Notes under the pieces: model-generated
Databases searched by the model: none
What the model was told of the DNA's origin: nothing
The model's input: the letters and a program-made list of their open reading frames with translations, nothing else
Shown: positions 1-11,860 of the stretch, piece after piece
Layout: each line of letters opens with the position of its first letter
How positions within the stretch are numbered: the first letter of the stretch is position 1
Origin: Chiloscyllium plagiosum
Lineage: Eukaryota
Direction of reading: 5' to 3'
Length of the DNA stretch: 32,471 bases
NCBI RefSeq assembly: GCF_004010195.1
Contig: NC_057719.1
Coordinates: forward strand, 9,122,099-9,154,569
Made by a program: the position numbers and the translations under genes

Positions 1-226
1 GGTGGAAGGTATAGGGGGGATGTCAGGGGTGGGTTCTTTACCCAGAGAGTGGTGGGGCCATGGAATGCGGTGCCTGTGGGAGTGGTAGAGTCAGAATCTT
101 TGGTGACCTTTAAGCGGCAATTGGATAGGTACATGGATGGGTGCTTCAGCTAGGACAAATGTTCGGCACAACATCGAGGGCCGAAGGACCTGTTCTGTGC
201 TGTATTGTTCTATGTTCTATGTTCTA
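1..226 (+). mobile_element. CR1-clade LINE 3' end, truncated by window start
   Basis: Translates to ...GFFTQRVVGPWNAVPVGVVESESLVTFKRQLDRYMDG (CR1 ORF2 C-terminus). It is followed by the gggccgaagg-cctgttctgtgctgta 3'UTR motif and a (TGTTCTA)n tail at ~203-226. Confidence 0.9.
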
Positions 227-2015
227 ACAGGCCGAGACACACAGAGGAGTGAACATGGGCCAAGACACACAGAGGAGTGAGCAGGCTGAGACACACAGAG
301 GAGTGAGAACAGGCCGAGACACACAGAGGAGTGAGCAGGCTGAGACACACAGAGGAGTGAGAACAAGCTGAGACACACAGAGGAGTGAGAACGGGCTGAG
401 ACACACAGAGGAGTGAGAACGGGCGGAGACACACAGAGGAGTGAGAACGGGCCGAGACACACAGAGGAGTGAGAACGGGCTGAGACACACAGAGGAGTGA
501 GAACAGACTGAGACACACAGAGGAGTGAGCATGGGCTGAGACACACAGAGGAGTGAGCATGGGCTGAGACACACAGAGGAGTGAGCACGGGCCGAGACAC
601 ACAGAGAGTGAGAACAGGCCGAGACACACAGAGGAGTGAGAACGGGCTGAGACACACAGAGGAGTGAGGACGGGCCGAGACACACACAGGAGTGAGCCAG
701 GGCTGAGACACACAGAGGAGTGAGAACGGGCTGAGACACACAGAGAAGTGAGAATGGGCCGAGACACACAGAGGAGTGAGAACGGGCCGAGACAAACAGA
801 GGAGTGAGAACGGGCCGAGACACACAGAGGAGTGAGCACGGGCCGAGACACACAGAGGAGTGAGCACGGGCCGAGACACACAGAGGAGTGAGAACAGGCC
901 GAGACACACAGAGGAGTGAGAACGGGCCGAGACACACAGAGGAGTGAGCACGGGCCGAGGCACACAGAGGAGTGAGAACGGGCCGAGGCACACAGAGGAG
1001 TGAGAACGGGCTGAGACACACAGAGGAGTGAGAACAAGCTGAGACACACAGAGGAGTGAGAACGGGTCGAGACACACAGAGGAGTGAGAACGGGCCGAGA
1101 CACACAGAGGAGTGAGCACGGGCCGAGGCACACAGAGGAGTGAGAACGGGCCGAGACACACAGACGAGTGAGAATGGGCTGAGACACACAGAGGAGTGAG
1201 CATGGGCTGAGACACACAGAGGAGTGAGCACAGGCCGAGACACACAGAGGAGTGAGCAGGCTGAGACATACAGAGGAGTGAGGACGGGCCGAGACACACA
1301 CAGGAGTGAGAACAGGCCGAGACACACAGAGGAGTGAGCCAGGGCTGAGACACACAGAGGAGTGAGAACAAGCTGAGACACACAGAGGAGTGAGAACGGG
1401 CCGAGGCACACAGAGGAGTGAGAACGGGCTGAGACACACAGAGAGTGAGAATGGGCTGAGACACACAGAGGAGTGAGCACAGGCCGAGACACACAGAGGA
1501 GTGAGAACGGGTCGAGACACACAGAGGAGTGAGAACAGGCCGAGACACACAGAGGAGTGAGAACGGGCTGAGACACACAGAGGAGTGAGAACGGGTCGAG
1601 ACACACAGAGGAGTGAGAACGGGCCGAGGCACACAGAGGAGTGAGAACGGGCTGAGACACACAGAGAGTGAGAACGGGCTGAGACACACAGAGGAGTGAG
1701 CACGGGCCGAGACACACAGAGGAGTGAGCACGGGCCGAGACACACAGAGGAGTGAGCACAGGCCGAGACACACAGAGGAGTGAGAACAGGCCAAAACACA
1801 CAGAGGAGTGAGAACGGGCTGAGACACACAGAGGAGTGAGCACGGGCCGAGACACACAGAGGAGTGAGCACGGGCCGGGACACACAGAGGAGTCAGCACA
1901 GGCCGAGACACACAGAGGAGTGAGAACGGGCTGAGACACACAGAGGAGTGAGAACAGGCCGAGACACACAGAGGAGTGAGAACGGGCTGAGACACACAGA
2001 GGAGTGAGCAGGCTG
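227..2015. repeat. 28-bp minisatellite (VNTR), ~64 units, consensus GAGACACACAGAGGAGTGAGAACGGGCY
   Basis: Tandem array visible directly (unit starts at 370 and 398), with 26- and 27-bp variants. The 28-aa periodicity in the minus-strand ORFs equals 3 units. Confidence 0.97.
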
Positions 2016-2156
2016 ATTCCTGGAGCTGGAGATGAATGGGTGCAGGCCGGATCTGGACGGCTGGTCGAGCAAGTCCTGGTACGTGGAGTCAGCGTGGCCT
2101 GCTGTCCTGGGGCGAGCAGGAACAGACCGTGGTTGGAGAGGGACTGGAACGTAAGT
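2016..2156 (+). other. Candidate exon (CpG-rich unique segment ending in a strong splice donor)
   Basis: GC/CpG-rich non-repeat sequence ending AAC|GTAAGT (exon end 2150). ATGs at 2032 and 2036 are both open to the donor. No recognisable protein similarity. Confidence 0.35.
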
Positions 2157-2510
2157 ACTCATGGTCACTTTCCATTATTGTTCTGCCTTCGTAACGTCTG
2201 CTCCCATGCTTAACCATGATTCTTTTACTTTGTCACAACACTTAAATTATCGGTACTCTGTAACTAAGATGGCATCGAGAGATGACATTATAAATTTTTC
2301 ACTGCACTCTTCGAGTGCACATGATAATGAAGGTCAATCTATTCTGTTTTATTCTGGTGGGATTTGAACTCATAGCTCTGCAGAGCACTAAATGTTTTTC
2401 TGGCAAAGTACAATGGGACTCCATTCAGGTGTCTGATCCTCCCAGTGCCTCAAATCTATATAAATATGGTCTTGTATAAGTAAGAAATGCTTTGGGTTTG
2501 TTTGCTCCAC

Positions 2511-2897
2511 ATAGAGTCACAGAGATGTACAGCATGGAAACTGATCCTTCAGTCCAACCCGTCCAAGCCGACCAGATATCTGAAGCTAATCCAATCCCAC
2601 CTGCCAGCACCCGGCCCATATCCCTCCAAACCCTTCCTGTTCATATACAAATCCAGATGCCTTTTAAATGTTGTAATTGTGTACCAGCCTCCACCACTTC
2701 CTCTGGCAGCTCATTCCATACACTCACCACCCTCTGAGTGAAAACGCTGCCCCTAAGGTCTCTTTTATGTCTCTCCCCTCTCACCCTAAACCCTCTGGTA
2801 TTGGACTCTACTACCCTGGGGAAAAAAAATTGATAATCACCCTATCCATGCCCCTCATGATTTTTATAAACATTTATAAGGTCACCCCTCAGCCTTT
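2511..2897 (-). mobile_element. CR1-clade LINE 3' fragment
   Basis: Reverse complement of the CR1 ORF2 end and 3'UTR (atagagtcacagagatgtacagcatggaaac tail). Near-identical in type to 22822-23290. Confidence 0.9.
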
Positions 2898-3149
2898 ACA
2901 CATGTAAAGACTGTACAAAATCGAACTGCTCTAGTGACTCTGTTCGGATGTGAAGTTTTCTTTTGTGAATAAAATATATATTTCACATAAAACAATTAAG
3001 CTGGGTCTCTGGAATAACAAATCCAGTGATATTACTACTGCAGCGCCAAAACAAACCAGTTAATGGGTTAGTAGCTTCCGAGGAGCCAAACAACTTCTTT
3101 TAAAAGGAACAAGGGCGAGAGGGAATTGATTCAAAGTGATGTGCAAAGA

Positions 3150-3363
3150 TCATGTGAGCAGTTCGGGTCTGGGACACATTGCCTGGAAATATGGGGGAGG
3201 CAGGTTCAACTGAGGAATTCAAGATGGGCATTGGGTGATTATTCGAATAGAGATGGTAAGCAGGGATAGGGGAAAAGGCAGGAGATTGGCTCTTAGTAAT
3301 GGAACAGGAGCAGACACAATGGGCTGAACAATCTCCTTCAGTGCCATAACTATTCCCTGATTT
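3150..3363 (+). mobile_element. Degenerate CR1 3' end
   Basis: gaggcaggttcaactgaggaattcaag ... cagggatagggga ... atgggctgaa..ctccttcagtgc resembles the ORF2 end and 3'UTR motifs. Confidence 0.6.
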
Positions 3364-4188
3364 CCTTCATTCCTTGTTTCTTGTATTCCGGGTTAAAATG
3401 AGAGAGAAGGCTTCCACTTCCCCCATCATTTTTATGAAGGAGCTGCTATTAAAGTCTGAATCGCTGGTAAATTAGAAAAAAAAAACGCGAGACCCTGTGC
3501 ACATTGAAACATCTCAGCACTCTTGAAGGGGTGGGTATTGTGGGGCCCATGAGTCTCCTCCCAACTGCTAACCACTGACCTCTGCTGGTAAGATCATGTA
3601 TGTCGATGTCAAACATGACAGTTTGCTTGGAAATCAGACTTTGCTTCAAGCCACAGGAAACCAACTCAGAGAGGCACAGGAATGCTCAGGGATGGGAGGA
3701 GGGGAATGGGGTGGCGGAGCTCCCTAATCAAGGAGCACAGGTTATGAACAAAGCCTTACATAACCCGAGCTAGATTTCTGCTGTCGATCGCCTCTCCAAG
3801 TATAAAGTGTTGGATGCTTAATGAAATAGTGACAGTCTGAATAAGCCAAGATCAGCTTATTAAATGTTGCTATTAATAGAAAAGGCCTAAGGAACATCAC
3901 ACAGACATATGGTAAAGCATTGTTGCCAAGCATTATTACACCAGAGTGGGAGAGGAGACTGCCATAATTTGCTTCAAATCGGAAGTGGCAGAATATGGAA
4001 AAACAAAATCACAGAACATGCATCAAAGAAAATAAGATGAATTGTGCTGGTTCCTACAATGACACCAATTATCCTCCACTCTCTTCCTTGTGTTTCTAAG
4101 CAGCAACAAAAAGAACAACAGACCGCACCATTCTGATTTTGTTTCCAGTACCAACTCTTGTCAAAACAAAATGCTGGAGGAAGAAGGA

Positions 4189-4327
4189 GGCTGCATTTAC
4201 ATAGCAACTTTCAGCATCTCAGGGTGCCACGAAGCACATGGCATATTGAGGTTTAGTCACCGCTGTGATGCAGGAGATTGCCCTGTAGCCACTTCTTAAC
4301 GCAACCCCAGGTCCCTCAAACAAGCAA
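4189..4327 (-). mobile_element. DeuSINE/L2-type 3' tail remnant
   Basis: Reverse complement reads ...cctgagatgctgaaagttgctatgtaaatgcag, resembling the L2/DeuSINE tail (gaaaggcgctatataaatgcaag). Confidence 0.5.
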
Positions 4328-4344
4328 AGGTTTAAATGACAAGA

Positions 4345-4650
4345 TCATAGAATTATACAACATGGAAACAGATCCTTCGGTCCAACCAGTCCATGCCAAA
4401 CATAATCCCAAACTAAACTAGTCCCATCTCCCATTTGACTCATATCCCTCCAAACCTTTCCTATTCATGTACTTATCCAAATGTCTTTTAAATGTTGTGA
4501 CTGTGTCCATGTTTATCACTTCCTCAAGAAATTCATTCCACATGCAAACCACTCTCTGTTTAAAACATTTGCCCCTCATGTCTTTTTAAAATCTCTCTCC
4601 TCTGACCTTAAGAACATGCCCCCTCATCTGGAAATCCCTCATCCTATCTA
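4345..4650 (-). mobile_element. CR1 3' fragment
   Basis: catggaaacagatccttcggtccaaccagtccatgcc ... catatccctccaaacctttcctattcatg; same subfamily as 21985-22340. Confidence 0.88.
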
Positions 4651-5069
4651 TTGCCTAGATGATTTTCTCTTCTTTTTTAGCCTGAATGTTAGTTGAGGGG
4701 GGGAAGCTTGTCAAGAGACATGGGAGAATGTCGCTTTCTTCATTCACTTGCTGGATCTTCTACAGAAATGGGAAGGCTGAGTGGTTCTTAAGTACTCAAT
4801 CTTGTGTTCATGTCCATATCCCTACACGCCTCTTACCTCCTGTGAGATCTCTATGTCCTGCCAATTCTGACCTCACGTTGACCCCTGAGTTTCTTTGCTC
4901 TATGTCTTTGATGCTGAGGTTCTAAGCTCTGGAGGGTATGCTCCAAGCATTCCTTTATCCAGCTGGACTGGGGAGTGTCAGGTGGTTCAGGTGGCTGGAG
5001 CCTGGTGCAGAATGAACTGAAAAAACAGTGCAAGTCCAGGGACAAATCAGCAGATAAAAAGATGGGAGG

Positions 5070-5360
5070 AGCTCAGGAAAATTACAATAATCAGAGGAGT
5101 GGTGCTGAGCAAATCATGTGTTCTGACATGTGATGGGGTCTTGATGGATCTCACCCTGGGTTCTTAAAAGGAATGGCAAGTGAGGTCGTTGGCACATTGG
5201 CTTTAATTTTCCAAAACTGCCTTGATTTGGGGAAAATCCCAATAGACTGGAAGGTAGAGAAAGTAACTCCGTTACTTAAGAAGGGAGGGAGACAGACAAC
5301 AAGACAGTTAGCTGAACATCTAACATAGGGAAAATGTCAGATCCTGTTTTAAACATTACG
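5070..5360 (+). mobile_element. CR1 ORF2 internal fragment (upstream of the RT core)
   Basis: Translates to DGSHPGFLKGMASEVVGTLALIFQNCLDLGKIPIDWKVEKVTPLLKKGGRQ (CR1 PDG.HP...DWK.A.VTPLFKKG motif). Confidence 0.85.
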
Positions 5361-5419
5361 AGCCACCAGGGGTTAAGTTCAAGGTAATCTTTGGGCAGTG
5401 ACTGAGTCATAGACTCTGT

Positions 5420-5755
5420 TCCGGAGAAAACAGTCCTCACATGTGCAGCCTTTCCTTATAACTCAAACTCTCTAATCCCAGCAACATCCTTTTAAATCTT
5501 TTCTGCACCTTTTTCCATTTAGTAATGCCCTTTCTGTAGCAGGATGTCCAGAGCTGTACATATTACTCCACAATTGGCCTCAATAATGTCTTGTACAGCC
5601 TCAAAATGATGTCCCAACTCCTACACTCATGGTCTGAGTAATGAAGGCAAGCGTGCTAAATGCCTTCTTAACCACCCTGTCTACCTCTGATGCAACTTCC
5701 AAAGAATTATGTGCGTGGAACCCTCTGTTTGACAACTCTACCCCGGGCCCATGCT
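5420..5755 (-). mobile_element. CR1 ORF2 fragment (post-RT region)
   Basis: Minus-strand ORF contains LEVASEVDRVVKKAFSTLAFI, with decayed LEYCVQFWS and QKRF motifs. Confidence 0.85.
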
Positions 5756-5802
5756 GCTTCTTAGTGAGGAATTGTGAGCACTTGCATTTGAGGGAGCTAT
5801 GT

Positions 5803-6122
5803 GGGTGGCATGGGGACTCAGTGGTTAACACTGCTGCTTCACAGTGCCAGGGACCCAACTTTGATTCCAGCCTCGGGCAGCTTTCTGAGCAGAATTTGTG
5901 CCATTCTCCCTGTGTCTGCATGGGTTTCCTCCCACAGCACAAATGTGTACGGGCTGGGGTAGATTGGTCATGCTAAATTGCCCCTTCCCAGGCTAGGTGG
6001 GTCAGCCATGGGAAATACAGGGATAGGGCAGAGTGGTGGGTCTGGGTGGGATGCTCTTTGGAGAGTCGGTGTGATCCAATGGGCTGAATGGCCTGTTTCC
6101 AAGTTGTAAGAATTTTATGATT
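5803..6122 (+). mobile_element. HE1-type (V-SINE) tRNA-derived SINE
   Basis: A-box-like tcagtggttaacactgctgc head, B-box-like ttgattcc, core gggtttcctcccacag...ggtcatgctaaattgccc, CR1-like tail. Confidence 0.85.
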
Positions 6123-6177
6123 TCAACACGAGACTGATCTCCCACTTTGGGCTCCACAGTCCAGTCAAAAACACCCG

Positions 6178-6345
6178 CTTGCATTTACACATGATGTTGC
6201 AAAACATCCCATGGTGATTTGCAGCTGTGTTCACCAGACACTGAGACTGAACTATATAACAGGCAGGTACCAATGTGTTGAACTTTAAAGACTATCTTTA
6301 GGAGAGAGAGGAGTAGAGGTTTACTGAGAGAATTGAAGGGAAATT
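6178..6345 (-). mobile_element. Old L2-type LINE 3' remnant
   Basis: cttgcatttac..., caaaacatccca and ggagagagaggagtagag, similar to the remnant at 12238-12420. Confidence 0.4.
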
Positions 6346-7196
6346 GAGTATGATCCCCAGCATTTCAATAAACCTCTGGCCCTAGACGGTATTAACCCAT
6401 CTTGCCCTTTGTTGTTCTACACTCACTTGAGAATGACAAGACATATGAACCTCAAATTAATGCCAGTCCAATGATTAATCAGCTTAATATTCACATCAAC
6501 TTAAACCTATTAGCTTGTGTCTTTCGGTATGGAGAGACTGGTGACACTTTCAGACAGTGAGATGATTGGCATTCCCACAACAGCCAGCAAAACAGATGGA
6601 AGCCTTCACAGAACCGTCGGGCAGGCAGTCACAGTTGAGATTTTACCAGTTCAGCTCGGGAGCTTATGTTTCAATGGAGCCCCCATGGAGAGGCTGAAAG
6701 AACCTTCCAGGTATTGGGTATCAGGGTTTAATGAGAGCGTGGGATTGTCCACAAGTCCACAGGACTGAAGTGTCTATGACTGGTGAGAATTAAATAATGT
6801 CCAGCTCTTCAGACACTCCAGTTTTTGGTTCAAAGTGTCACAGCGACTTTGTCGACTGCACACAATTGTCCACTTGCCATCGTAAGAATCTCTCCCACAG
6901 AAAGCTGTTGGAGCCAGTCGTTCAAGAGAGAGCTGGACATGGCCCTTGCGGCTAAAGGTATGGAGAGAAGGTGGGAGTGGGATTCTGAGACTGCATGAAC
7001 CAGCATTTATTGCCTCCACACCTTCTTCCTGTTATTTCCTGATCTACCATTTTAATAGTTGGAAAGGGCAATCCCAACCTGTAAAGTGAAACTGTCTGCA
7101 CTGCTTCTTTTTTTCAAACTTTGTGAGGAAGAAAGGAAAGGATTATTGACACATATTTGAAGAATGACATTTGCACTTTCTTTTGATTTCCTCACT

Positions 7197-7415
7197 GAAT
7201 CCCTACAGTATGGGAGCAGTCCATTTGGCCCATCAAGCCAGAAGAGCATCCCACCCAGTATTTTCCATGGCCAATTCACCGAACCTGCACATTTGTGGAC
7301 TGTCAGAACATACACACACAGAAAGTGCGCACAGACAGACGCCTCAGGATGGAATTGAACCCCCGGTTCTTGGCGCTGTGAGGTAGCTGTGCTCACCACT
7401 GAGCCACTGTGCCAC
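7197..7415 (-). mobile_element. HE1-type SINE
   Basis: Reverse complement begins gtggcacagtggctcagtggtgagcacagctacctcacagcgcc and ends ctgtagggattc. Confidence 0.85.
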
Positions 7416-7812
7416 TTCACTCAGCTGTGAAGGAAGGGCATACTTGTCTTTGTGGGAGAAAGTTCACTAGACTGGGTACTGCGATGAGATGAATACCCTT
7501 TGAGGAGAGCTTTTGTAGGCTATATTTCTTGGAGTTTAGAAGAATGAACGATTATCTCACTGAAACATGTAAAATGCATGCAGGGATTTACAGGGTTGAC
7601 AGTGAGAAATCATTTCCCCAGACAGAGAATCTAGAGCACTGACACCCAGCTTCAGGAGGGGCAGCCATTTTAGGACTGAAATGAAGTGAAAGTTCTTCAC
7701 TTAAACCACCAGGAATCTTTGGAATCCCCTGTCCTGAAGACCTGTAGATAACCTTGAGTATATTCTAGACCGATGTCCTTACATTTTTGGAAGGAAGGGA
7801 ATTAAAGGAAAG

Positions 7813-7943
7813 AGGAAGGGTCACTTGACCTGAAAACATTAAGTCTGATTTCTCTCCACAGATGCTGCCAGACCTGCTGAGCTTTTCCAGCAATGTCTGT
7901 TTTTGTCCCTGATTTACAGCGTCCACAGTTCTTTCAGTTTTCA
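7813..7943 (+). mobile_element. Penelope-like terminal fragment (family 2) with 10-bp TSD
   Basis: aggaagggtcacttgacctgaaa...gatgctgccagacctgctgagcttttccagca, flanked by TAAAGGAAAG at 7803-7812 and 7944-7953. Confidence 0.8.
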
Positions 7944-7973
7944 TAAAGGAAAGCGGGATGGCATGGGAAGGTG

Positions 7974-8785
7974 AGTGATGATGCTGCCCCTTTAACAAGG
8001 CTCTGTTGTCCTTGGGTTTTTTTCTCAAGAGGGGTTGTGAAGTCAGTGGTGCCAAACTGGCTAACAGACGCTGCCGAAGTCAGCAATCAGAAGAGGCCTT
8101 TAGGTTTTTTAAAAAAAAAACACTTGTGTAACGAGAGGGGAGTGGTCAGTTCTCCCGGTTCAGGTTTTATTCTAGTTTGGTTTAGTTTTTAGCATGCAGT
8201 CAAAAAAACTGCTGGGGACCAAAAGAAGCAGCTTCAGTGAAACGGGGTTCCATGTTTCAACAGAGGTCTTGCCTGAACTTTCTCCCTGAATCCTCTCCAG
8301 TCTGTAAGAACCCGTGTTTAAATTTACCTTTTGCCAAGGGGTGTGTTTATGGGATGTTGCAGGGATTGGAACAGCTTCGTTAAGTTGCGATATCGTGTCG
8401 GTTGGATTCTCAAATAAGTTATTGTAAATTCTGTTTTCTTTTGTTCATGTTTCATCCATAATATTTAAATAAATTCTGTTTTATTTAAAGCAGAGAGATT
8501 TGAACATCTGCATCACTCCTGGACTATCCACTGTACATCTGGCTGAATAAAAAAATGAAAAGTTAGGGTCTGGGCTACCTTCTTAACATAGGCAAAAGTG
8601 AGGACTGCAGATGCTGGAGATCAGAGTCTCGAGTAGAGTGGTGCTGGATTCCTGATGAAGGGCTCCTGCCCGAAATGTCAATTTTCCTGCTCCTCAGCTG
8701 CTGCCTGACCTGCTGTGCTTTTCCAGCACCACTCTAATCTACCTTCTTAAAATGTTTTGAGAGGGTTCTGGCCTGGTCCATAACA
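7974..8785 (+). mobile_element. Probable solo LTR (Gypsy/ERV-like)
   Basis: Starts (A/T)GTGATG and ends CCATAACA, with internal AATAAA motifs. Flanks GGTG/GATG resemble a 4-bp TSD with one mismatch, and it interrupts a CR1 3'UTR. Confidence 0.6.
8590..8738. mobile_element. Penelope-like inverted-terminus insertion (family 1) with 12-bp TSD, inside the LTR
   Basis: Terminus ggcaaaagtgaggactgcagatgctggag, inverted arms agagtggtgctgga/tccagcaccactct, TSD CTACCTTCTTAA at 8575-8586 and 8739-8750. Confidence 0.85.
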
Positions 8786-9789
8786 GATGGAATTGAGGGA
8801 AATGATCCGTCATGATCCTACTGAATGATGGTGTCATCACAAAGAGCCAAATGGACTCTTCGGGATGGAATGATGCTTTTACATTTGAGTTAAGTTGCTT
8901 TTGACTCATGGACTGACCTCATGGAAAACCTCTACTCAAAAGACAACATGGTCCACTTCTCACAGATGCGTGACTATCTCCTTTCTTGAAAGGTGGATGT
9001 TTTCCAGCTCCACCCATTATAATCTTGCGCAGAGTAATTCCAGCTTTTCTTTCTCATCCTCGCAGATCAGCAGAGATTTTTGCATTCTCCAACTTTGTAA
9101 TGAGGAATTCGTTCCATTTATATGCTGAGTAGCTGGTTTTAAAGTTTAATGAGATAGATGCCTCCTGGCAAATCAACAGTGATGAATTTCACAAAATATG
9201 ACACTACAATATTTTGCACTGAGATAGTGAAGTTAATGCTGAGGGTATCTAACATCCTATTTAATGCAAACTTCAAAGAACCCCTCAAATTTACGGAAAG
9301 TCACTGGCTGACTTTTTGAACACTAAATGATGTACAGCTCATCTATAATGAAGAAGATGTGAATACAAAAGACTCTTTATCTCTTTTAATCAATGGGTCA
9401 GAGGCTTTGAAAAATTGTGATTCAACACAGAGAGATAGAAGTTTCTTTTTTGGCTCATTCTGTCTTCAAATCAGAAAGAGTTTGGTTTAAACCAACTTCA
9501 GGACTGAAAACATCTCTTGGATTCCAATGTCAGATTCCAGATTGAACCTATCATCCTATTCCCTCATGTCTGATGACGAGACTGCTTTCCTGGTCTCAGA
9601 ATTAGTCAGTGGCCTCACATTTCCACTGCCAGTACTCACTTCATTGCCTCAAACATCAGCTTGCAACATTTTTCTGGATATTTTTCAAGTTTTCCTCAGC
9701 CACAAATTCTAAATTATTCACAACCCCATGTCTCCTCTTCATATCCATGGAAACTAGCTTCCCTTTACTCTAAGGCTGGGCCCTCAGGT

Positions 9790-11008
9790 CCTAGTCTGTC
9801 CAGGCCATTCAATATTCTGTATGTTTCAATTAGATCCTCCTCATCCTTCTAAACTTCACCAAGTATAAACCCAGAGTCCTTAAACACTTCTCGTATGTTA
9901 GGCTTTTCATTCTTGGGACCATTTTCGTGAACCTCCTCTGAACATGGTCCAGGGCCAGTACTAACCTTTTGTAATTCCTAAACCAGGACACCTCTATCTC
10001 TCAGAGCTCTGCAAACTGCGGAGTAGACCATTTCAAGATGTTTCTTCACCGTTCAATACAATCTGGGACTTCGACTCCAGTTTCCAGCCCTCTCACTATA
10101 TCCCTCGATTCTCTGACAGATTTAAAGTCTGCCTATTCTGGCCTTAAACGTATTCAATAATGGAGCACCACGGCTGTCTGGGGTAGAGAATTCCATAGAT
10201 TCACAACCCTTTGAGGGAAATGCTGTCTGCTCACCTCAGTCCTCACTCTTCTCCCTTCGCCTGAAAGTGTGCCTGTGTTCTAGATTCCCCAGCCATTGAG
10301 GAAAATAATCTCTCAACATCTTCCCAACACCTTCCCTACTGAACCTCTTCAGAATTTTGCAAGTTTCAATGAGGTCATCTCTCATTCTGCCAAATTCTAG
10401 AGAAAACATCAATTTTTTTTTTGCACACTTAATAACCAATGAGAGAAATCCATGTTCTCTATGTTCAGATCCCCTTCTGAAGAAGACTCAGACAATCAGA
10501 GAAATTTACAGCACAGACACAGGGCCTTCCGCCCAACTTCTCCATGCCTCCCAGTTTTCACAAATAAACGAGTCCCATTTGCCTCCATTTGGTCCATATC
10601 CCTCCATATGTATCCTATTCACGCAACTGTCTCAATGCCTCTTAAATGACAAAATTATTCTCACTCCCACCACTACTCTGGCAGCTCATTCCAGTCACTC
10701 ACCACCTTCTGTGTGAAAACTTTGACCCTCTTAACCCTGTTGTATCTCTCCCCTCTCACCTATCCCCTCTAGTTTTACGCTCCCCTGCCTGGGGTAAAGC
10801 TGTTGGCTATCTACCTTATCTATGTCTCTCAAAATTTTATAGATCTCTAGAAGGTCACCCTTCAGTCTCCTAAGCTCCAGGGAAAAAAAATGTCTCAGCC
10901 TATCCAACCTCTCCTCATAAATCCAACCTTCTAGCGCGAGTGGCATCCTAGTAAATCTTTTCTGCACTCTTTCTAATTTAGTAATATCCTTTCTCTCGTA
11001 GGGTGACA
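9790..11008 (-). mobile_element. Cluster of three CR1 fragments (~9790-9965, 10060-10410, 10490-11008)
   Basis: Minus-strand ORFs FSLEFGRMRDDLIETCKILK and KDITKLERVQKRFTRM...RRLKGDLLEIYKILRDIDKVD. Confidence 0.85.
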
Positions 11009-11011
11009 AGA

Positions 11012-11133
11012 ACCATCACTGGACTTGAAACATGAACTCTGCTTTCTCTCCAGAGATGCTGCCAGGCCTGTTGAGTTTCTCCAGCAATTTCTGCTTTGGT
11101 TTCAGATTTCCAGCATCCACTGTCCTATGTTTT
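11012..11133 (+). mobile_element. Penelope-like terminal fragment (family 2)
   Basis: ggacttgaaacatgaactctgctttctctccagagatgctgccaggcctgttgagtttctccagcaatttctg; matches 7813-7943. Confidence 0.75.
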
Positions 11134-11454
11134 AAAAAGAATACATGGCACTGGTTGCCAAAGGAACCAAGTAATTGGTAAGGCTGGACCAAAGTGGCTA
11201 ATGGAAACTTAGTGTCAATGACACACTTGGAAGCTTAAAGGGATCTGACTGGATTCATTTATCCCAGGCTGACTGACAATTCCAATCCTGGTATTGGAGA
11301 ATGTGTGGTCAGTACGATATGGACATTTTGTTGTCAGGACAACATGACACTCACAAAGCCATATGTTACAGAAAGTCAATTGAGAGTACATCCCTGAACA
11401 ACAGTAATAAAGTAATAATTCCGTTAGGTGAATAGGGAGTGCTGCTTTCTGATA

Positions 11455-11860
11455 ACTACGAGGATGTTACCTAGTATGGAAACTGCTAGCTATGAAGAGA
11501 GAGGTTGAGTAGGTTAGGTTTATTTTCATTAGAAAAAAGGAGATTGAGGGCACACCTGATTGAGGTTTATAAAATCATGAAGGGTATAGACAGGGTGGAC
11601 AGAGACAAGCTTTTTCCCAGCGTGAAGGATTCAGTAAGGGTGGTGGGCATTTGGAACGCGTTGCCAGCAGAGGTGGTAGAGGCAGGCACGGTAGATTCAT
11701 TGAAGAGGTGTCTGGGTAAATGCATGAGTAGGTGGGGATCAAAGGGATATAGATGTTTAGGAATTGACCGACTGGTTTAGACAGTACATTTGGATCGTCT
11801 TAGGCTTGGAGGGCCGAAGGGCCTGTTCCTGGGCTGTAAATTTTCTTTGTTCTTTGTTTT
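11455..11860 (+). mobile_element. CR1 3' end with internal deletion
   Basis: ORF RLGLFSLEKRRLRAHLIEVYKIMKGIDRVD...RVVGIWNALPAEVVEAGT; 3'UTR gggccgaagggcctgttcc and (TTCTTTG)n tail. Confidence 0.92.

Larger units (their letters stand above)
7490..8860 (+). mobile_element. CR1 3' fragment split by two insertions (host pieces ~7490-7812, 7944-7973, 8786-8860)
   Basis: ttggagtttagaagaatga (LEFRRM) and tttaggactgaaatgaag (FRTEMK); the 3'UTR resumes after the LTR. Confidence 0.75.

Noticed and set aside
210..1995. Three 557-592 aa Cys/Ser/Leu-rich ORFs on the minus strand
   Set aside because: All three frames give the same 28-aa periodic peptide because a stop-free 28-bp unit cycles through frames. 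This is a minisatellite artefact.
227..2015. CRISPR-like array (28-bp repeat)
   Set aside because: Units are head-to-tail with no unique spacers, there are no cas genes, and the context is vertebrate.
4662..4925. Strong acceptor-like tract (ttttctcttcttttttag) followed by a 79-aa ORF
   Set aside because: No convincing downstream donor or protein similarity; such tracts are common in this DNA.
6517..6768. 83-aa ORF in unique sequence with possible donor CAG|GTATTG
   Set aside because: No recognisable homology and only a weak acceptor; not supportable as a CDS.
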